Below, one piece after another: positions 1 through 10,038 of a DNA stretch of 64,000 nucleotides. Location of the stretch: positions 11,409-75,408 of the forward strand of contig JAZNVH010000029.1 in NCBI GenBank assembly GCA_045592745.1, given 5' to 3'. The stretch is from Candidatus Aphodoplasma sp. (GTDB lineage Bacteria; Bacillota; Clostridia; UBA1381; UMGS1253). The notes below the pieces were generated by a model. It was not told the DNA's origin and ran no database searches. It worked only from the letters and a program-made list of their open reading frames with translations. A program made the translations under genes and the position numbers. How positions within the stretch are numbered: the first letter of the stretch is position 1; every line of letters begins with the position of its first letter.

Positions 1-163
1 CATCTATAACAGAAATCATATCACTCTGCAAGCTTTTTTTACTATCCTTTGAAAGAGCAGAATTTGTAAATAATATAATTACTACTCCAATAATTAATAT
101 TATGTAAAGAAGCTGCATATTCTTATTTTTATTAAAAATTTCGCTTACTTTTTCTTTAATCAA
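1..163 (-). CDS. spoIIIAG: Stage III sporulation protein AG, N-terminal part (runs off the window)
   Basis: Open frame directly after spoIIIAF. TTG at 163 is preceded by AGGGGG; the alternative ATG is at 118. Predicted TM helix LLYIILIIGVVIILF. Its position in the spoIIIA operon supports the call. Confidence 0.5.
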   Translation of the reverse strand, partial: MIKEKVSEIFNKNKNMQLLYIILIIGVVIILFTNSALSKDSKKSLQSDMISVID

Positions 164-650
164 GCCCAATGCCCCCTATGTGTATAATTTCTTTGTCAAC
201 CTCAAGCTCACGCGAGAGTATATTTATTATGCTTTCTTCATCATACCCATCATACATTCTTACATAAATGCCTTCGACGCCCAATATAGTAAAATCCGTA
301 TCTACTGATATCATAATTTCAGCCTCGCACTCCACTCCCATGTTCTCTGTTACAATCATCTTTACCCTCTCGGCAAAGTCCTTTTTAAAATTCTCGAGTA
401 TCCGTTCATTATATAAGGCCTGCGCCTCCTCTTTTGTAAAGCTGTTTTGATAAGAGATATCAATTATATTTTCAAAATCTTCTGTATATGCATTTACAAA
501 TGAGCTTGCAATTGTAATCGAAACAACAATTCCAATTACAAAGTCAACATATTTTCCAAGGCTTCCATTCGGCATGAGAGCACGCAAAATAAAGCTTAAA
601 ATAACCATGCACACAACCGTTATTGTAAAAGAACTAATATACTGTGCCAT
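156..650 (-). CDS. spoIIIAF: Stage III sporulation protein AF
   Basis: 164 aa with two N-terminal TM helices and an acidic C-terminal domain. It is the sixth gene of a collinear spoIIIA operon. Confidence 0.8.
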   Translation of the reverse strand: MAQYISSFTITVVCMVILSFILRALMPNGSLGKYVDFVIGIVVSITIASSFVNAYTEDFENIIDISYQNSFTKEEAQALYNERILENFKKDFAERVKMIVTENMGVECEAEIMISVDTDFTILGVEGIYVRMYDGYDEESIINILSRELEVDKEIIHIGGIGLD

Positions 651-674
651 TTTCCCCTCCGTAGTTTACTCTTG

Positions 675-1811
675 TCACGCTGTATTTGCTATAGACATAA
701 TCATTCCCATACTTATAATAAACATAAGCGCAGCAACTACAATTATAGCCGCCATAAGCGAGGTTACCGACGCAACAGAAGATATAACCGACGAAATACG
801 TCTGTCTGCCATAGGCTCTAAAATTGCCGCTCCAAGATGAAAAGATGCACTCAACGCCAAAATTTTCAGCACAGGTGATGTCGCAATTGTCAAAACAGCA
901 ATTATTCCCGCTGCTCCCGTCGCATTTTTAATCACGCGAGAACATCCCAAAACTGTGTCAATTGTATCTGACAAAATTCCACCTACAATTGGTATTGCAC
1001 TGCCTACAAGAAAGCGTGCCGTTTTTGCCGCAGCACCGTCGAGCGTTGATGCACAAAAGCCCTGCACGCTGAGCACTGCAACAAACACTGTCATTATAAG
1101 GCACAAGCACCATTTGACTGTCTTTTTTAAAAAATCGGCAAACTTTGAAACCCTGATAGTTTCATTAATCTCGCTTACCATATACAAAACTGCCGCACTA
1201 TATAAAAGCGGCAACAACAGTTTTTCCGAAATCACACATACAATCTGAGTCGAAAGAAGTATTACAGGATTTATTGCCGCCGCTCCCATAGGTGCGCCGC
1301 TTGCAATAAGTATTCCCATAAGTACAGGTGACGCCGCATTTACAAAAACCGTAGCACTTTTTAATGTTGCAATAACCAGCTGTGATGCTTCGCTAAAAGC
1401 TTTGACCAAAAGAAACGTCAAAATTATATAACACACAAAAAATGCAATTTCGCCAATTGTGTTTTTATCAAAGCTTGAATTCATACTGCCGAGCATCGAA
1501 AATAATAAAGATATTGCAATTATATTTATAATAAGCGAAATACAGCTTTTTGCCTCATCAAAAAACCCTCCTATAAGCGCGCGCAGTACTCCCGATACAC
1601 TAAGCACCTCTTTGCCTGTTACAAAATCTTTTACCGTCTGAAAAAAACTGTCCGAATTTGTATAATAATTGTCAAGACCTTGAGTGTATCCTTCGAGCGA
1701 TTCAATATCATAGCTTGTAATTTGCTCATCTATCTGCGAGGCCTGAACAGCCGATAAACTCATAAAAAGAGTACAAATCACAAAAAAGATTACACAAATC
1801 ATTTTTTTCAT
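675..1811 (-). CDS. spoIIIAE: Stage III sporulation protein AE (polytopic membrane protein)
   Basis: Signal-like N-terminus MKKMICVIFFVICTLF followed by multiple TM segments. The start was moved to ATG at 1811 (GGGGGGA RBS). Operon position fits. Confidence 0.88.
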   Translation of the reverse strand: MKKMICVIFFVICTLFMSLSAVQASQIDEQITSYDIESLEGYTQGLDNYYTNSDSFFQTVKDFVTGKEVLSVSGVLRALIGGFFDEAKSCISLIINIIAISLLFSMLGSMNSSFDKNTIGEIAFFVCYIILTFLLVKAFSEASQLVIATLKSATVFVNAASPVLMGILIASGAPMGAAAINPVILLSTQIVCVISEKLLLPLLYSAAVLYMVSEINETIRVSKFADFLKKTVKWCLCLIMTVFVAVLSVQGFCASTLDGAAAKTARFLVGSAIPIVGGILSDTIDTVLGCSRVIKNATGAAGIIAVLTIATSPVLKILALSASFHLGAAILEPMADRRISSVISSVASVTSLMAAIIVVAALMFIISMGMIMSIANTA

Positions 1812-1824
1812 ATGTATCCCCCCA

Positions 1825-2211
1825 TTACGGCAAAATCGAAACAACTAACGACAAAAGTGAGTCAGCTATCGGCAACGAATAAAACAGTATCAAAATTTTT
1901 GCACAAAACTCTATCTTTGATGCAATTGCACCTTGTCCCGAATCACGACAAACCTCCGAGGAAAACTGACATATGTATGCGATTGCAATAATCTTTATTA
2001 CAGTCCCAATATAGCTTGCATTAACGTTGTATTTTGTTGCTATTTCATATATGTTTTTTATAATATCTTCAAGACCACTAAGGCCGCTAAGCAGTACAAC
2101 CACACCCGTTGTGAGTGCGCTTACAAGTGCAAATTCGGGTTTATATTGTTTTAGAATAACGCTAAGAAGCGTTCCTGTTATACCGATTATAACAATTTGA
2201 AAAATATTCAT
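1825..2211 (-). CDS. spoIIIAD: Stage III sporulation protein AD
   Basis: The motif DSGQGAIASKIEFCAKILIL matches the conserved SpoIIIAD segment (B. subtilis DAGQGAIASKIELAGKILIL). The start was chosen at MNIFQIV. Confidence 0.9.
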   Translation of the reverse strand: MNIFQIVIIGITGTLLSVILKQYKPEFALVSALTTGVVVLLSGLSGLEDIIKNIYEIATKYNVNASYIGTVIKIIAIAYICQFSSEVCRDSGQGAIASKIEFCAKILILFYSLPIADSLLSLVVSILP

Positions 2212-2227
2212 ATTGGCAATTATCCTT

Positions 2228-2422
2228 TTATAGTCCAAACACGGTTTTTATTGTGTCAAACAATGTACTTATTTGATTTATTATCATCATAAGAACAACT
2301 ATAAGTCCCGCAAGCGTTGTAAGCATAGCTTGTTCTTCTCTGCCAGAACGTATCAAAAGCTGATTTAAAACCGATACGATTATTCCTATTGCAGCGATTT
2401 GAAAAATTAAATCGACACCCAT
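2228..2422 (-). CDS. spoIIIAC: Stage III sporulation protein AC
   Basis: 64 aa with two TM helices. MGVDLIFQIAAIGIIVSVL resembles B. subtilis SpoIIIAC. Confidence 0.9.
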   Translation of the reverse strand: MGVDLIFQIAAIGIIVSVLNQLLIRSGREEQAMLTTLAGLIVVLMMIINQISTLFDTIKTVFGL

Positions 2423-2433
2423 CAGGTTTCCTC

Positions 2434-2949
2434 CTAAAACAACATTACTGCTATCAATATGCCGCCGAGCACACCGCCGCTTTGATACATTTTTTTGTTT
2501 GTATCACACGCGTTTTTTGCATCGGCAAGCTGTATGCTGATTGCCGAATTTGTATTGTATATATTCTTAAGCTCATTTTCAACATCTGCTTTGCCAAAAC
2601 GCACCGAAAACTCTTTTAAAATCTGTATATCTGCCTCTGTAAGACACATTTTAGATGCATTTTTATCAATTGATTTTTGCCACGCTTTTTCAAATGATAT
2701 CCTTTGATTTTTTAATGTTTTTGACAGATTTGCAAAAAAACTGTCTGACGGTTTTTGTACCACACCCGAAATATGCTCAAATGCTCTTTGCGCATTATTT
2801 TTTACAAAGCTTATTTCCCCTTCAAGAAGAGAAAATGCATTTTTAAATCCGGCAAGAGCAGCTTTCCTTGTTTCAAGCCTTGACGCAAACGAAAAGCCAA
2901 TTTTTGATGATGCAAATACTACCAAAATTATCCCAATTATTTTAAGCAT
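2434..2949 (-). CDS. spoIIIAB: Stage III sporulation protein AB
   Basis: Start MLKIIGIILV with an AAAGGAG RBS. TM helices at both the N and C termini flank a helical domain. Operon position fits. Confidence 0.85.
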   Translation of the reverse strand: MLKIIGIILVVFASSKIGFSFASRLETRKAALAGFKNAFSLLEGEISFVKNNAQRAFEHISGVVQKPSDSFFANLSKTLKNQRISFEKAWQKSIDKNASKMCLTEADIQILKEFSVRFGKADVENELKNIYNTNSAISIQLADAKNACDTNKKMYQSGGVLGGILIAVMLF

Positions 2950-3911
2950 ATTTGCTCCTTTCCGCACCCTTTCTCAAAATCATCTTTAATCTGCAAACGT
3001 GTAAGAATTTTTTTTACTCTGTCGCTTTTTTCGTTATTCCCAAGCAAAACAAATACATCAAAAAGAGTTACCAGATTTTTTGTTCTTTCTTGTTTAAAAA
3101 GCTTGTCTGTATCGTCAGAATGTATACTTGATATAACCGCGACGCCACATCCAAGCGCTGATTTGATTGCATCTATATCGGCTATCGTACCGATTTCATC
3201 ACAGACAATAACCTGCGGTGACAAGCTCCTTATTGCAAGCATTATTCCCTCTGATTTTGGGCACATATCAAGCACATCTGTAAGCATTCCTACATCATAA
3301 CTGCATACTCCGTCATTCATTGCCGCAATCTCACTTCGTTCATCAATTATCAAAGTCTTATATCCTCTCCCTGATATTTGCCGCGCAATATCTCTAAGCA
3401 TCGTTGTCTTGCCACAACCCGGCGGTGATATTATGAGCGTATTGTTGATTTTTTCATCGCACAATATATGCCTGATTACATTGTCTGCCACACCTTTTAA
3501 TGCCCTCGCAATACGAAAATTAAAACCGGATATATCTGTTAAATAGCTTATATCTCCTTTGTTTATAACAGTGCGCCCCGCGATACCCACTCTGTTTCCG
3601 CCACGTGTTGTAATATAACCTGATTTGATTTGCTCCTGATATGAATATATACTCCCACCAGTCAAAAGCTCAAGTATTCTGTTTATATCCTGTTCTGTTA
3701 CTATGTAAGCGTCATCAGCAGATGCTGATATCAAAGCACATCTGCTCACAAAAGCATACTTATTTGCATAATGGAGCACAAGAGGCATATTTTTTCTTAT
3801 TCTTATTTCTTCAACATTGGCAAGGCTAATATTTTTTATCAATGTATATATACTTTCGCTCATATATTCCAAAACTGAATTTATATTTCTGTTTTCATCT
3901 GTAATATACAT
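2937..3911 (-). CDS. spoIIIAA: Stage III sporulation protein AA (secretion-type ATPase)
   Basis: Walker A SPPGCGKTT and Walker B VIVCDEIG. It is the first gene of the spoIIIA operon. Confidence 0.9.
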   Translation of the reverse strand: MYITDENRNINSVLEYMSESIYTLIKNISLANVEEIRIRKNMPLVLHYANKYAFVSRCALISASADDAYIVTEQDINRILELLTGGSIYSYQEQIKSGYITTRGGNRVGIAGRTVINKGDISYLTDISGFNFRIARALKGVADNVIRHILCDEKINNTLIISPPGCGKTTMLRDIARQISGRGYKTLIIDERSEIAAMNDGVCSYDVGMLTDVLDMCPKSEGIMLAIRSLSPQVIVCDEIGTIADIDAIKSALGCGVAVISSIHSDDTDKLFKQERTKNLVTLFDVFVLLGNNEKSDRVKKILTRLQIKDDFEKGCGKEQICLK

Positions 3912-3943
3912 TTTCCATTCTCCTCGTTTTTTATTGTTGTTTC

Positions 3944-3972
3944 ATTCTATGTTTGTCCTTTCGATATTATGA
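3944..3972 (-). promoter_or_regulatory. Candidate sigma-E-type promoter of the spoIIIA operon
   Basis: The minus strand reads TCATAAT-N14-CATAGAAT, close to the B. subtilis sigma-E consensus (ATA-containing -35, CATACA-T -10). It lies about 35 nt upstream of the spoIIIAA ATG. Confidence 0.4.
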
Positions 3973-3983
3973 CAACTTGTATA

Positions 3984-4016
3984 CAAAAAAAGGACGCCGA
4001 AAATCAGCGTCCTTTG
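3984..4016 (-). terminator. Rho-independent terminator after the solute-binding protein gene
   Basis: Minus strand: AAAGGACGC-loop-GCGTCCTTT followed by TTTTTT. Confidence 0.7.
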
Positions 4017-4031
4017 AAAAATTTCCAATTT

Positions 4032-5612
4032 TTATTTAAACATTCTGTCGTATGCAGCCTGTTGTATTGCGATAACCTCGTCTACGCCAAGTTCTTTAAG
4101 ATGTGTAATATACTCATCCCATGTAGCGTCTACGTCCTTGTTGCCCAAAAGCCAATTCTGGCGCATCTCATCAAGGTATGTTGTTACGTCTGTGCCCTTA
4201 GACTTGTTTATACGAGTTTCATCAGGAGTAAACTTATATGAAATACCGGGTTCTGTATGTTTTACATTGTTTCTGTAATACATATAATCTTCCTGTGCGA
4301 TAGCCGGCATAGCGCCTACTTCTGCCTCAAGCATACGTACACTACCAATGTTAAGAGCGCCACCGATGCTTGACATATACTCTGTAGGTCCGCCTACATA
4401 TGCTCTTGCTTCGTCGCTGTAATCAGGCTTACCGTCAGCTGTTGTTTTACGGTCAGGTCCGAACCAGAGAAGAGTTCTTCCTTCATCTGTGAACCAGTAA
4501 TCAAAGAACTTGAGTGTTTCTGCAACATGCTTGTTGTCCTTTGAAATACCCCAACCCTGTGGCTGAAGTACAGTACGTGGAGTATGCGACATCGATACAC
4601 CGTTAACATCCTTCGGCGGATCAATTGTTACAAGCTCAAATCCAAAATACGAGTTGCCAAGTGCATCCTTTGAAAGTGTCTCATTGAAGCTGAATGTTGA
4701 GCTGAACCAGTCAATAGTAGCACCACCGAGGTTGTTTGCATAAAGCTCTTCACGAGCATTATTTCTTGTGAATATTTCAGGGTCGATAAGACCTTCTGCA
4801 TACCACTTTGCAAGCTCTTTCATAGCATTTTTGTACTCTTCTGTCATAAAGTTGGCTACAACCTTGCCATCTTCTGTAACATCGTAGCTAGTTCTTCTAG
4901 CACCGAATAGTGCAAGCAAATCCCAGGGTGACTTCGTTCTGTCAAGAAACGGAACCTCGTCCTTAAGGCCGTTGCCGTTAGGATCCTGCTCACGGAATGC
5001 CTTCAATACATTATAGAACTCGTCTACAGTTGTAGGAGTCTCAAGACCGAGCTTTTCCATCCAGTCCTTACGGAGAATCCAACCCTCTGTAGGACCATCA
5101 AGTGAAATAGCAGGTATGTAATAGAGATGACCATCATACGCCTTACTCATTGCAATATATTCAGGATGCTCTGAGAAATATTTATGCATATTTGGTGCAT
5201 ACTCCTCGATAAGATCCTCAAGCGGAATCATAGCGCCATCCATACCGGCCTGGTCAAGATTTGTGCTTGTGCTATGGATGATATCAGGCAAAACATCACC
5301 CATAAGCATTGTGTTAAATGCCTGCGCTGAGTCAGCCTGTCCTGCTGATGCCTGGTTGATAAGGTTAATGTTTGTTGCTTCTGCAGCAGCCTTTGTAATA
5401 GGACCGTCATTTATCCACATGATTACACCATTTGACTGATGAAAATGTAGTGTCAAATCAAGCGGTTCTGCTGATGCGAGGAAACCTTCAAGGTTTTTAA
5501 CCTCCTGGTTAAGCTCAACACCATTTACGCTGCTGGTACCGCCGCAGCCTGCAAGCATGGTAACTACCATAAGACCTGCGAGTACTGCTGCTAAAATTCT
5601 TGTTTTTTTCAT
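4032..5612 (-). CDS. ABC-transporter extracellular solute-binding lipoprotein (large sugar-type, family 1)
   Basis: Signal peptide with lipobox LAGC-GG. 526 aa, with the Trp/Tyr-rich composition typical of LplA-like sugar-binding proteins. No permease or ATPase genes are adjacent. Confidence 0.8.
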   Translation of the reverse strand: MKKTRILAAVLAGLMVVTMLAGCGGTSSVNGVELNQEVKNLEGFLASAEPLDLTLHFHQSNGVIMWINDGPITKAAAEATNINLINQASAGQADSAQAFNTMLMGDVLPDIIHSTSTNLDQAGMDGAMIPLEDLIEEYAPNMHKYFSEHPEYIAMSKAYDGHLYYIPAISLDGPTEGWILRKDWMEKLGLETPTTVDEFYNVLKAFREQDPNGNGLKDEVPFLDRTKSPWDLLALFGARRTSYDVTEDGKVVANFMTEEYKNAMKELAKWYAEGLIDPEIFTRNNAREELYANNLGGATIDWFSSTFSFNETLSKDALGNSYFGFELVTIDPPKDVNGVSMSHTPRTVLQPQGWGISKDNKHVAETLKFFDYWFTDEGRTLLWFGPDRKTTADGKPDYSDEARAYVGGPTEYMSSIGGALNIGSVRMLEAEVGAMPAIAQEDYMYYRNNVKHTEPGISYKFTPDETRINKSKGTDVTTYLDEMRQNWLLGNKDVDATWDEYITHLKELGVDEVIAIQQAAYDRMFK

Positions 5613-5747
5613 ACTCTTTCCTCCGTCTCTTTTTTTGTTATGACATTAGTCATCACGTATAATAAGAATACTACATATTGCATCTAAAGTCAAGCCTTTT
5701 TACAAAATAAAATCGGTTTTCAAATCATTTTTTTGGTACAATCCACC

Positions 5748-5781
5748 AAAAAAGCGGAAACAGGGTATTCCCCGTTTCCGC
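5748..5781 (-). terminator. Rho-independent terminator after the 950-aa gene
   Basis: Minus strand: GCGGAAACGGGG-AATA-CCCTGTTTCCGC followed by TTTTTT. Confidence 0.75.
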
Positions 5782-5800
5782 CTGATTAGTTTATTTATTA

Positions 5801-8653
5801 TTACTTTCTTTCAGCAAATACAATCTCAACTAATGAATTCCACATATTTACATTGTTTCCATAGCCCTTGTATTTTGCATATCTTGCATTTACTCCGCCA
5901 AGCTCAAAGCCTTCAAGCTTGCCTGCCGGAAATGTACCGCTTGTTTCCTGCCCTGTAATCACAGGTGTATATGTCACACCATCCTCGGAAACCTCTATAT
6001 CAAACTTATACTTTCTCTTATCACCCTGCATAAAGGAAAAATATACCTTATCGAGTGAATACACCTGACCAAAGTCGTATATTCCCCATACGTCAGCACC
6101 GTCTGCGCTCGAAACGCCCCAATATGAACTATATGATGCGTCATGGCTTGCATCAATCTGTCTTTCAGGGTTTGCTTCTGCTCCACTCTGAGTAGCTTCC
6201 TTGATAGTGATTGCATTAGCTACACCAAGACCTTCAGAACTTATAATATCTGTAATTCTTACCTGTTGTGCAATGTCAACCCATTCAACCTTACGTCCAA
6301 GATTTTCAGCTACAAAACGTACAGGAATCATAAATCTACCATCGATTATCATTGCCGGAACATCAAGTTCAACAGCTTTGTCATTTACATAAACAGTCTT
6401 TTGATTTTCAGTAATAACAATCTTTGTCTTTCCATCATCAGCAGTTGCTGTAGCAGTTGGTTCATCCCAAGTTACCTTTGCACTCATAGCCTCCAAAAGT
6501 GCACGCATAGGAATAAGTGTTCTGTCATCTATAATTGTCGGAGGTACATCCGAGTTAAGGAACTTATTGTTATAGTATACTGTTATAGCACTTTCCGCAT
6601 TACCTTTGAACGGGGTTACAGAATATGTTCTTGTCTTGCCCAAAGGCGATGTAACTTTAATTTTTGCTTTTGAGCCAAAACCTCTCGATGGTGTAATTTC
6701 AACCTTAAGTGCCGGGTCAGCAGGTGCAGCCTCAACTACTATACTTGCTTCATCAGGAGCAGGTGCAACGCACTCAAGAACATTTGGATTATATTCTTTT
6801 ACTGCAGCTCCCGCAACTACGATTGCGTGAAGTGTCGGAATCGGATCACGTTTGATATTAATTGTGTATGTCTTGTCCCCTGCCTTTACGATAGCGGCTT
6901 CTCCGATTTTACTTGCCTGTGTAATTTGAACACCATCTTTTCCGCCCGAAGTTATGTACGGTACCTTTGTCTGATATCTTGAAATGTGGTATGTGTATTC
7001 GCCCGACTCAGCACCCTCCGGAACAATTTTTGTATAAGGTGTGCCATTTAACTCATTCTGTGTAGGAATTGCAACTGTGTTTGCCGGCAAATCATATTTA
7101 ACTACAACTGCCTCAAGCTGACCATCAGAAGTCTTCTTGTTTGAAGGCGCAATAACAACATTGATTTCCTTCGGCTTATTTACTGTACGCGCCTGATTTT
7201 CATATTCTACAAAACTGTCAAGACGTTCTTCTTCTTTAAGTTTCTTGTCATACCAGTCTCTAATAATCTTTACATCCTCTGCACTTGCGTTTTTCTCATT
7301 TTTTCTGAGCCAGTCCTGACCAAGCTTGAGAAGGTCTTTTTCTGTCTTTACCTGTCTGCTGAATCCTACAAATTTGCCCGATTCAAGAATACCCTTCTGC
7401 TCGTCTGTATATACAAAATAACGATCTTTATATTCTTCTGCATGACGCTGATTTGCAATACCAAGAACCTGCAAAGCCTGTTGCTGTCCCGGGTTCTTCT
7501 CTTTATCAGCTATATTTACGCCCTTTTCAAGCTCTTCTGCGCTAACGCTCGTAACAACAACATTGTTCATCTTTATATCATATATACCGCTCTCAAGACC
7601 TTTTACACGGATAATTTCGCGGTTCAAATCCTCAGTAAGCGGTATATAATATTCAGCTTGTCTGTATACACTATCCACAGCCATCGGAAGTGCATTTGGC
7701 TTATAGATGTATGATATATTCTTACCACTTACTGATACGCCCGAAACATTTGCGTTCGATGCAGTGATCGCAGGCTTATCCTGTGTAAGATCAACATCTA
7801 CTGTTGCAACTTCGCCTGTTTCTCCCTGCGCTTTCAAAAATGCATAGGTCTTTATATAATGACCAAGGTCATTTGCGTGAATTCTGTCAGCAACAAAACA
7901 GAAATTCGGATTTGTCTGAAGATTGTACTGTGTAACTATAAGCTGTGGTGTGTTTACATCAACAAACTGAAGGTTATACTCTTTTGCAAGGTCAAAAAGT
8001 ATTGAACCCGCCTTACGCATAACGCTGTTCATATCAGGAGACTTTTCGTTTGGAGACTCTTCTACCCACTCATCAAACATAGGCGGTGTTACAAGAATTA
8101 TATCATTTACGCCTCTCTGCTTGATTGCCTCGATAAGATTACGGCATCTTTTTTCATATGTTTTCATCTTTTCTTCGTGCGATTGTTCAAAGCCTACTTC
8201 AAGTTCTTTGCCCTCAAAATACGCACGACGGTTCATGTCGTTTGTACCAAGCATTATTACTATCTTGGTATACTTTGTACCATAGTTGAATACATCGCGG
8301 TCAAGACGGTCAAGCGCTTCTGCTGTATCGTCCGAGTTAACACCCTTATTAAAGTATGAGAACTTTATGTTCGGGTATCTTGTTGTATAATAAACAAACA
8401 AATCTTTAAAATAACTTCCGCCGTATGTAATACTGTCGCCGATGAATGCAACCTTATCACCATCTTTGAACTGTGCGACGGTTCCTATTGCGTCAGCACC
8501 AACCACCTGCGGATATTCTATCGTACCCGAAGTCTGATTCGGTTTTGACCACTTTGCAGGCGTTATTTCAGCTGCGCTTGCAAATATTGCATTCGGCACT
8601 ATCAAAGCAAGCACCAAAAGTAACGTTATTACTTTTCTCAAATGTTTTTTCAT
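5801..8653 (-). CDS. Secreted multidomain SGNH/GDSL esterase with two copper-amine-oxidase-N-like repeats and a C-terminal F5/8 type C (discoidin/CBM32-like) domain
   Basis: Signal peptide. SGNH blocks FIGDSITYG, GTNDM and DRIHANDLGH. Repeats DDRTLIPMRALLEAMSAKVTWDE and IDGRFMIPVRFVAENLGRKVEWV. The C-terminal discoidin-like segment includes VYSLDKVYFSFMQGDKRKYKFDIEVSEDG. Confidence 0.75.
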   Translation of the reverse strand: MKKHLRKVITLLLVLALIVPNAIFASAAEITPAKWSKPNQTSGTIEYPQVVGADAIGTVAQFKDGDKVAFIGDSITYGGSYFKDLFVYYTTRYPNIKFSYFNKGVNSDDTAEALDRLDRDVFNYGTKYTKIVIMLGTNDMNRRAYFEGKELEVGFEQSHEEKMKTYEKRCRNLIEAIKQRGVNDIILVTPPMFDEWVEESPNEKSPDMNSVMRKAGSILFDLAKEYNLQFVDVNTPQLIVTQYNLQTNPNFCFVADRIHANDLGHYIKTYAFLKAQGETGEVATVDVDLTQDKPAITASNANVSGVSVSGKNISYIYKPNALPMAVDSVYRQAEYYIPLTEDLNREIIRVKGLESGIYDIKMNNVVVTSVSAEELEKGVNIADKEKNPGQQQALQVLGIANQRHAEEYKDRYFVYTDEQKGILESGKFVGFSRQVKTEKDLLKLGQDWLRKNEKNASAEDVKIIRDWYDKKLKEEERLDSFVEYENQARTVNKPKEINVVIAPSNKKTSDGQLEAVVVKYDLPANTVAIPTQNELNGTPYTKIVPEGAESGEYTYHISRYQTKVPYITSGGKDGVQITQASKIGEAAIVKAGDKTYTINIKRDPIPTLHAIVVAGAAVKEYNPNVLECVAPAPDEASIVVEAAPADPALKVEITPSRGFGSKAKIKVTSPLGKTRTYSVTPFKGNAESAITVYYNNKFLNSDVPPTIIDDRTLIPMRALLEAMSAKVTWDEPTATATADDGKTKIVITENQKTVYVNDKAVELDVPAMIIDGRFMIPVRFVAENLGRKVEWVDIAQQVRITDIISSEGLGVANAITIKEATQSGAEANPERQIDASHDASYSSYWGVSSADGADVWGIYDFGQVYSLDKVYFSFMQGDKRKYKFDIEVSEDGVTYTPVITGQETSGTFPAGKLEGFELGGVNARYAKYKGYGNNVNMWNSLVEIVFAERK

Positions 8654-8876
8654 GTTGCTCTCTCCTTTTTGTTAGTTTTTAACATAAGATTATTATATCA
8701 CCTTCGTTTTTTTTATCAAGGGCTTTTCCCCATTTGGCACACAAAATTTCCACATATTTTTTGTTTTGTCCTTTTTCACTTATCTGCCGTTTTTTTATTG
8801 ACAACGTGATGCTTTTTCTATATTACATTAAGTGAATATTTACAAACGATTCAATTTCGAAAGGACTTGCCTAAAA

Positions 8877-10002
8877 ATGAACAAAAACTTCACAAAAATC
8901 GACAATAAATACCGTCCTATACCATTTTGGTCATGGAATACAAAACTAGATACAGAAGAAACAAAAAGGCAAATAAACAAAATGAACGAAGTCGGCATCG
9001 GCGGCTTTTTTATGCATGCGCGTGGCGGACTTAGTACCGAATACATGGGCAAAGAATGGTTTGATAACGTTGGTGCAAGCATAGAAGAAGCAAAAAAGGC
9101 TCGGCATGTCAGCGTGGGCATACGACGAAAACGGATATGTTTTAAACATTCAAAATCGTGCTTGCTCATTAAAAAGACCTGTTGAAATAAAGTGCATTTA
9201 CACCGCAGATATCAAAACCATTCCCGAAAAGCTTTATCTTGTTTGCGAAAAGCCAAATCAATATGACATTTTCGTAAATGGCTTGCTCGCAGACAAAACA
9301 GACCTTGGATATTTCGTTGACAGTTCATTTCGAAAGCTTGATATTTCAAAGCTTGTAAGGCTCGGCAAAAACGAGATAACACTTATATGCTATTTCATGC
9401 AATCCAAAAAAGTATATGAAAATCTCGAAAAAGCACTCATTTTTGAAAGCGAGAGAAACAAGCTTTCTTACGATATGGAAATTGAGCCGATATATCTTTG
9501 CGGTGATTTTGGCGTATATGCTAAAGACAATTTTGTAAAGCTTGACAAAGATGCCGTCCGTATAAAAAATAGTTTTTATATTGACAAATGCGTGAAAGAA
9601 ATTTCATTAAAAAACATTGAGCAGCAGGGATTTTTGTTCTTCGCAGGCAGGATAAAGCTTACACGCGAATTTGATATTTCGGACAAAAACTGCAAGATAG
9701 TTTTCGATAAAACAGGCATAAATGCAATTAATGTTTTTGTAAACGGAAAATTTGTCGACACGCTTTTGTGGGAGCCGCTCGAATGTGACCTTTCAGCATA
9801 TGTAAAGGAAGGCAAAAACACGCTCACCCTTGAGGTTGTAAACAACCTTCGCAATATGCTCGGCCCGCATCACTTGAAAGAAGGCGAATGCCTGAGTGTA
9901 GCTCCTCGCCAGTTCTTCAAAGAAAAATGTTTTTGGGCAGCCGAACCCGAAAAATCGTGGGATGATGATTACTGCTTCGTAGAGGTAAGCCTTATAAAAT
10001 AA
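8877..10002 (+). pseudogene. Degraded glycoside hydrolase (PFWSWN-type N-terminus plus C-terminal jelly-roll domains): frameshifted and internally deleted
   Basis: Frame 1 gives MNKNFTKIDNKYRPIPFWSWN...GIGGFFMHARGGL...EEAKK. The reading continues in another frame as LGMSAWAYDENGY after an A6GG tract at 9092-9099. The sequence then jumps directly to jelly-roll-like C-terminal domains (VFVNGKFVD...TLTLEVVNNLRNMLGPHH). Confidence 0.6.
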
Positions 10003-10012
10003 AGCAAAATTA

Positions 10013-10038
10013 AAAGAGCCGAATTCGGCTCTTTTTTG
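10013..10038 (+). terminator. Rho-independent terminator
   Basis: AGAGCCGAATTCGGCTCT palindrome followed by TTTTTT. Confidence 0.7.

Noticed and set aside
97-108. ATATTATGTAAA, a 12-nt match to the XerD-arm side of the Bacillus dif site
   Set aside because: It lies inside the spoIIIAG coding frame, where it encodes the LYIIL TM helix. The XerC arm is not recognisable, and AT-rich sequence makes such a match likely by chance.
8832-10002. Treating 8832-9185 and 9106-10002 as two separate real genes
   Set aside because: The two frames read through as one protein family sequence across an A6GG tract (EEAKK | LGMSAWAYDENGY). Neither piece has an independent RBS or domain integrity, so I called a pseudogene instead.
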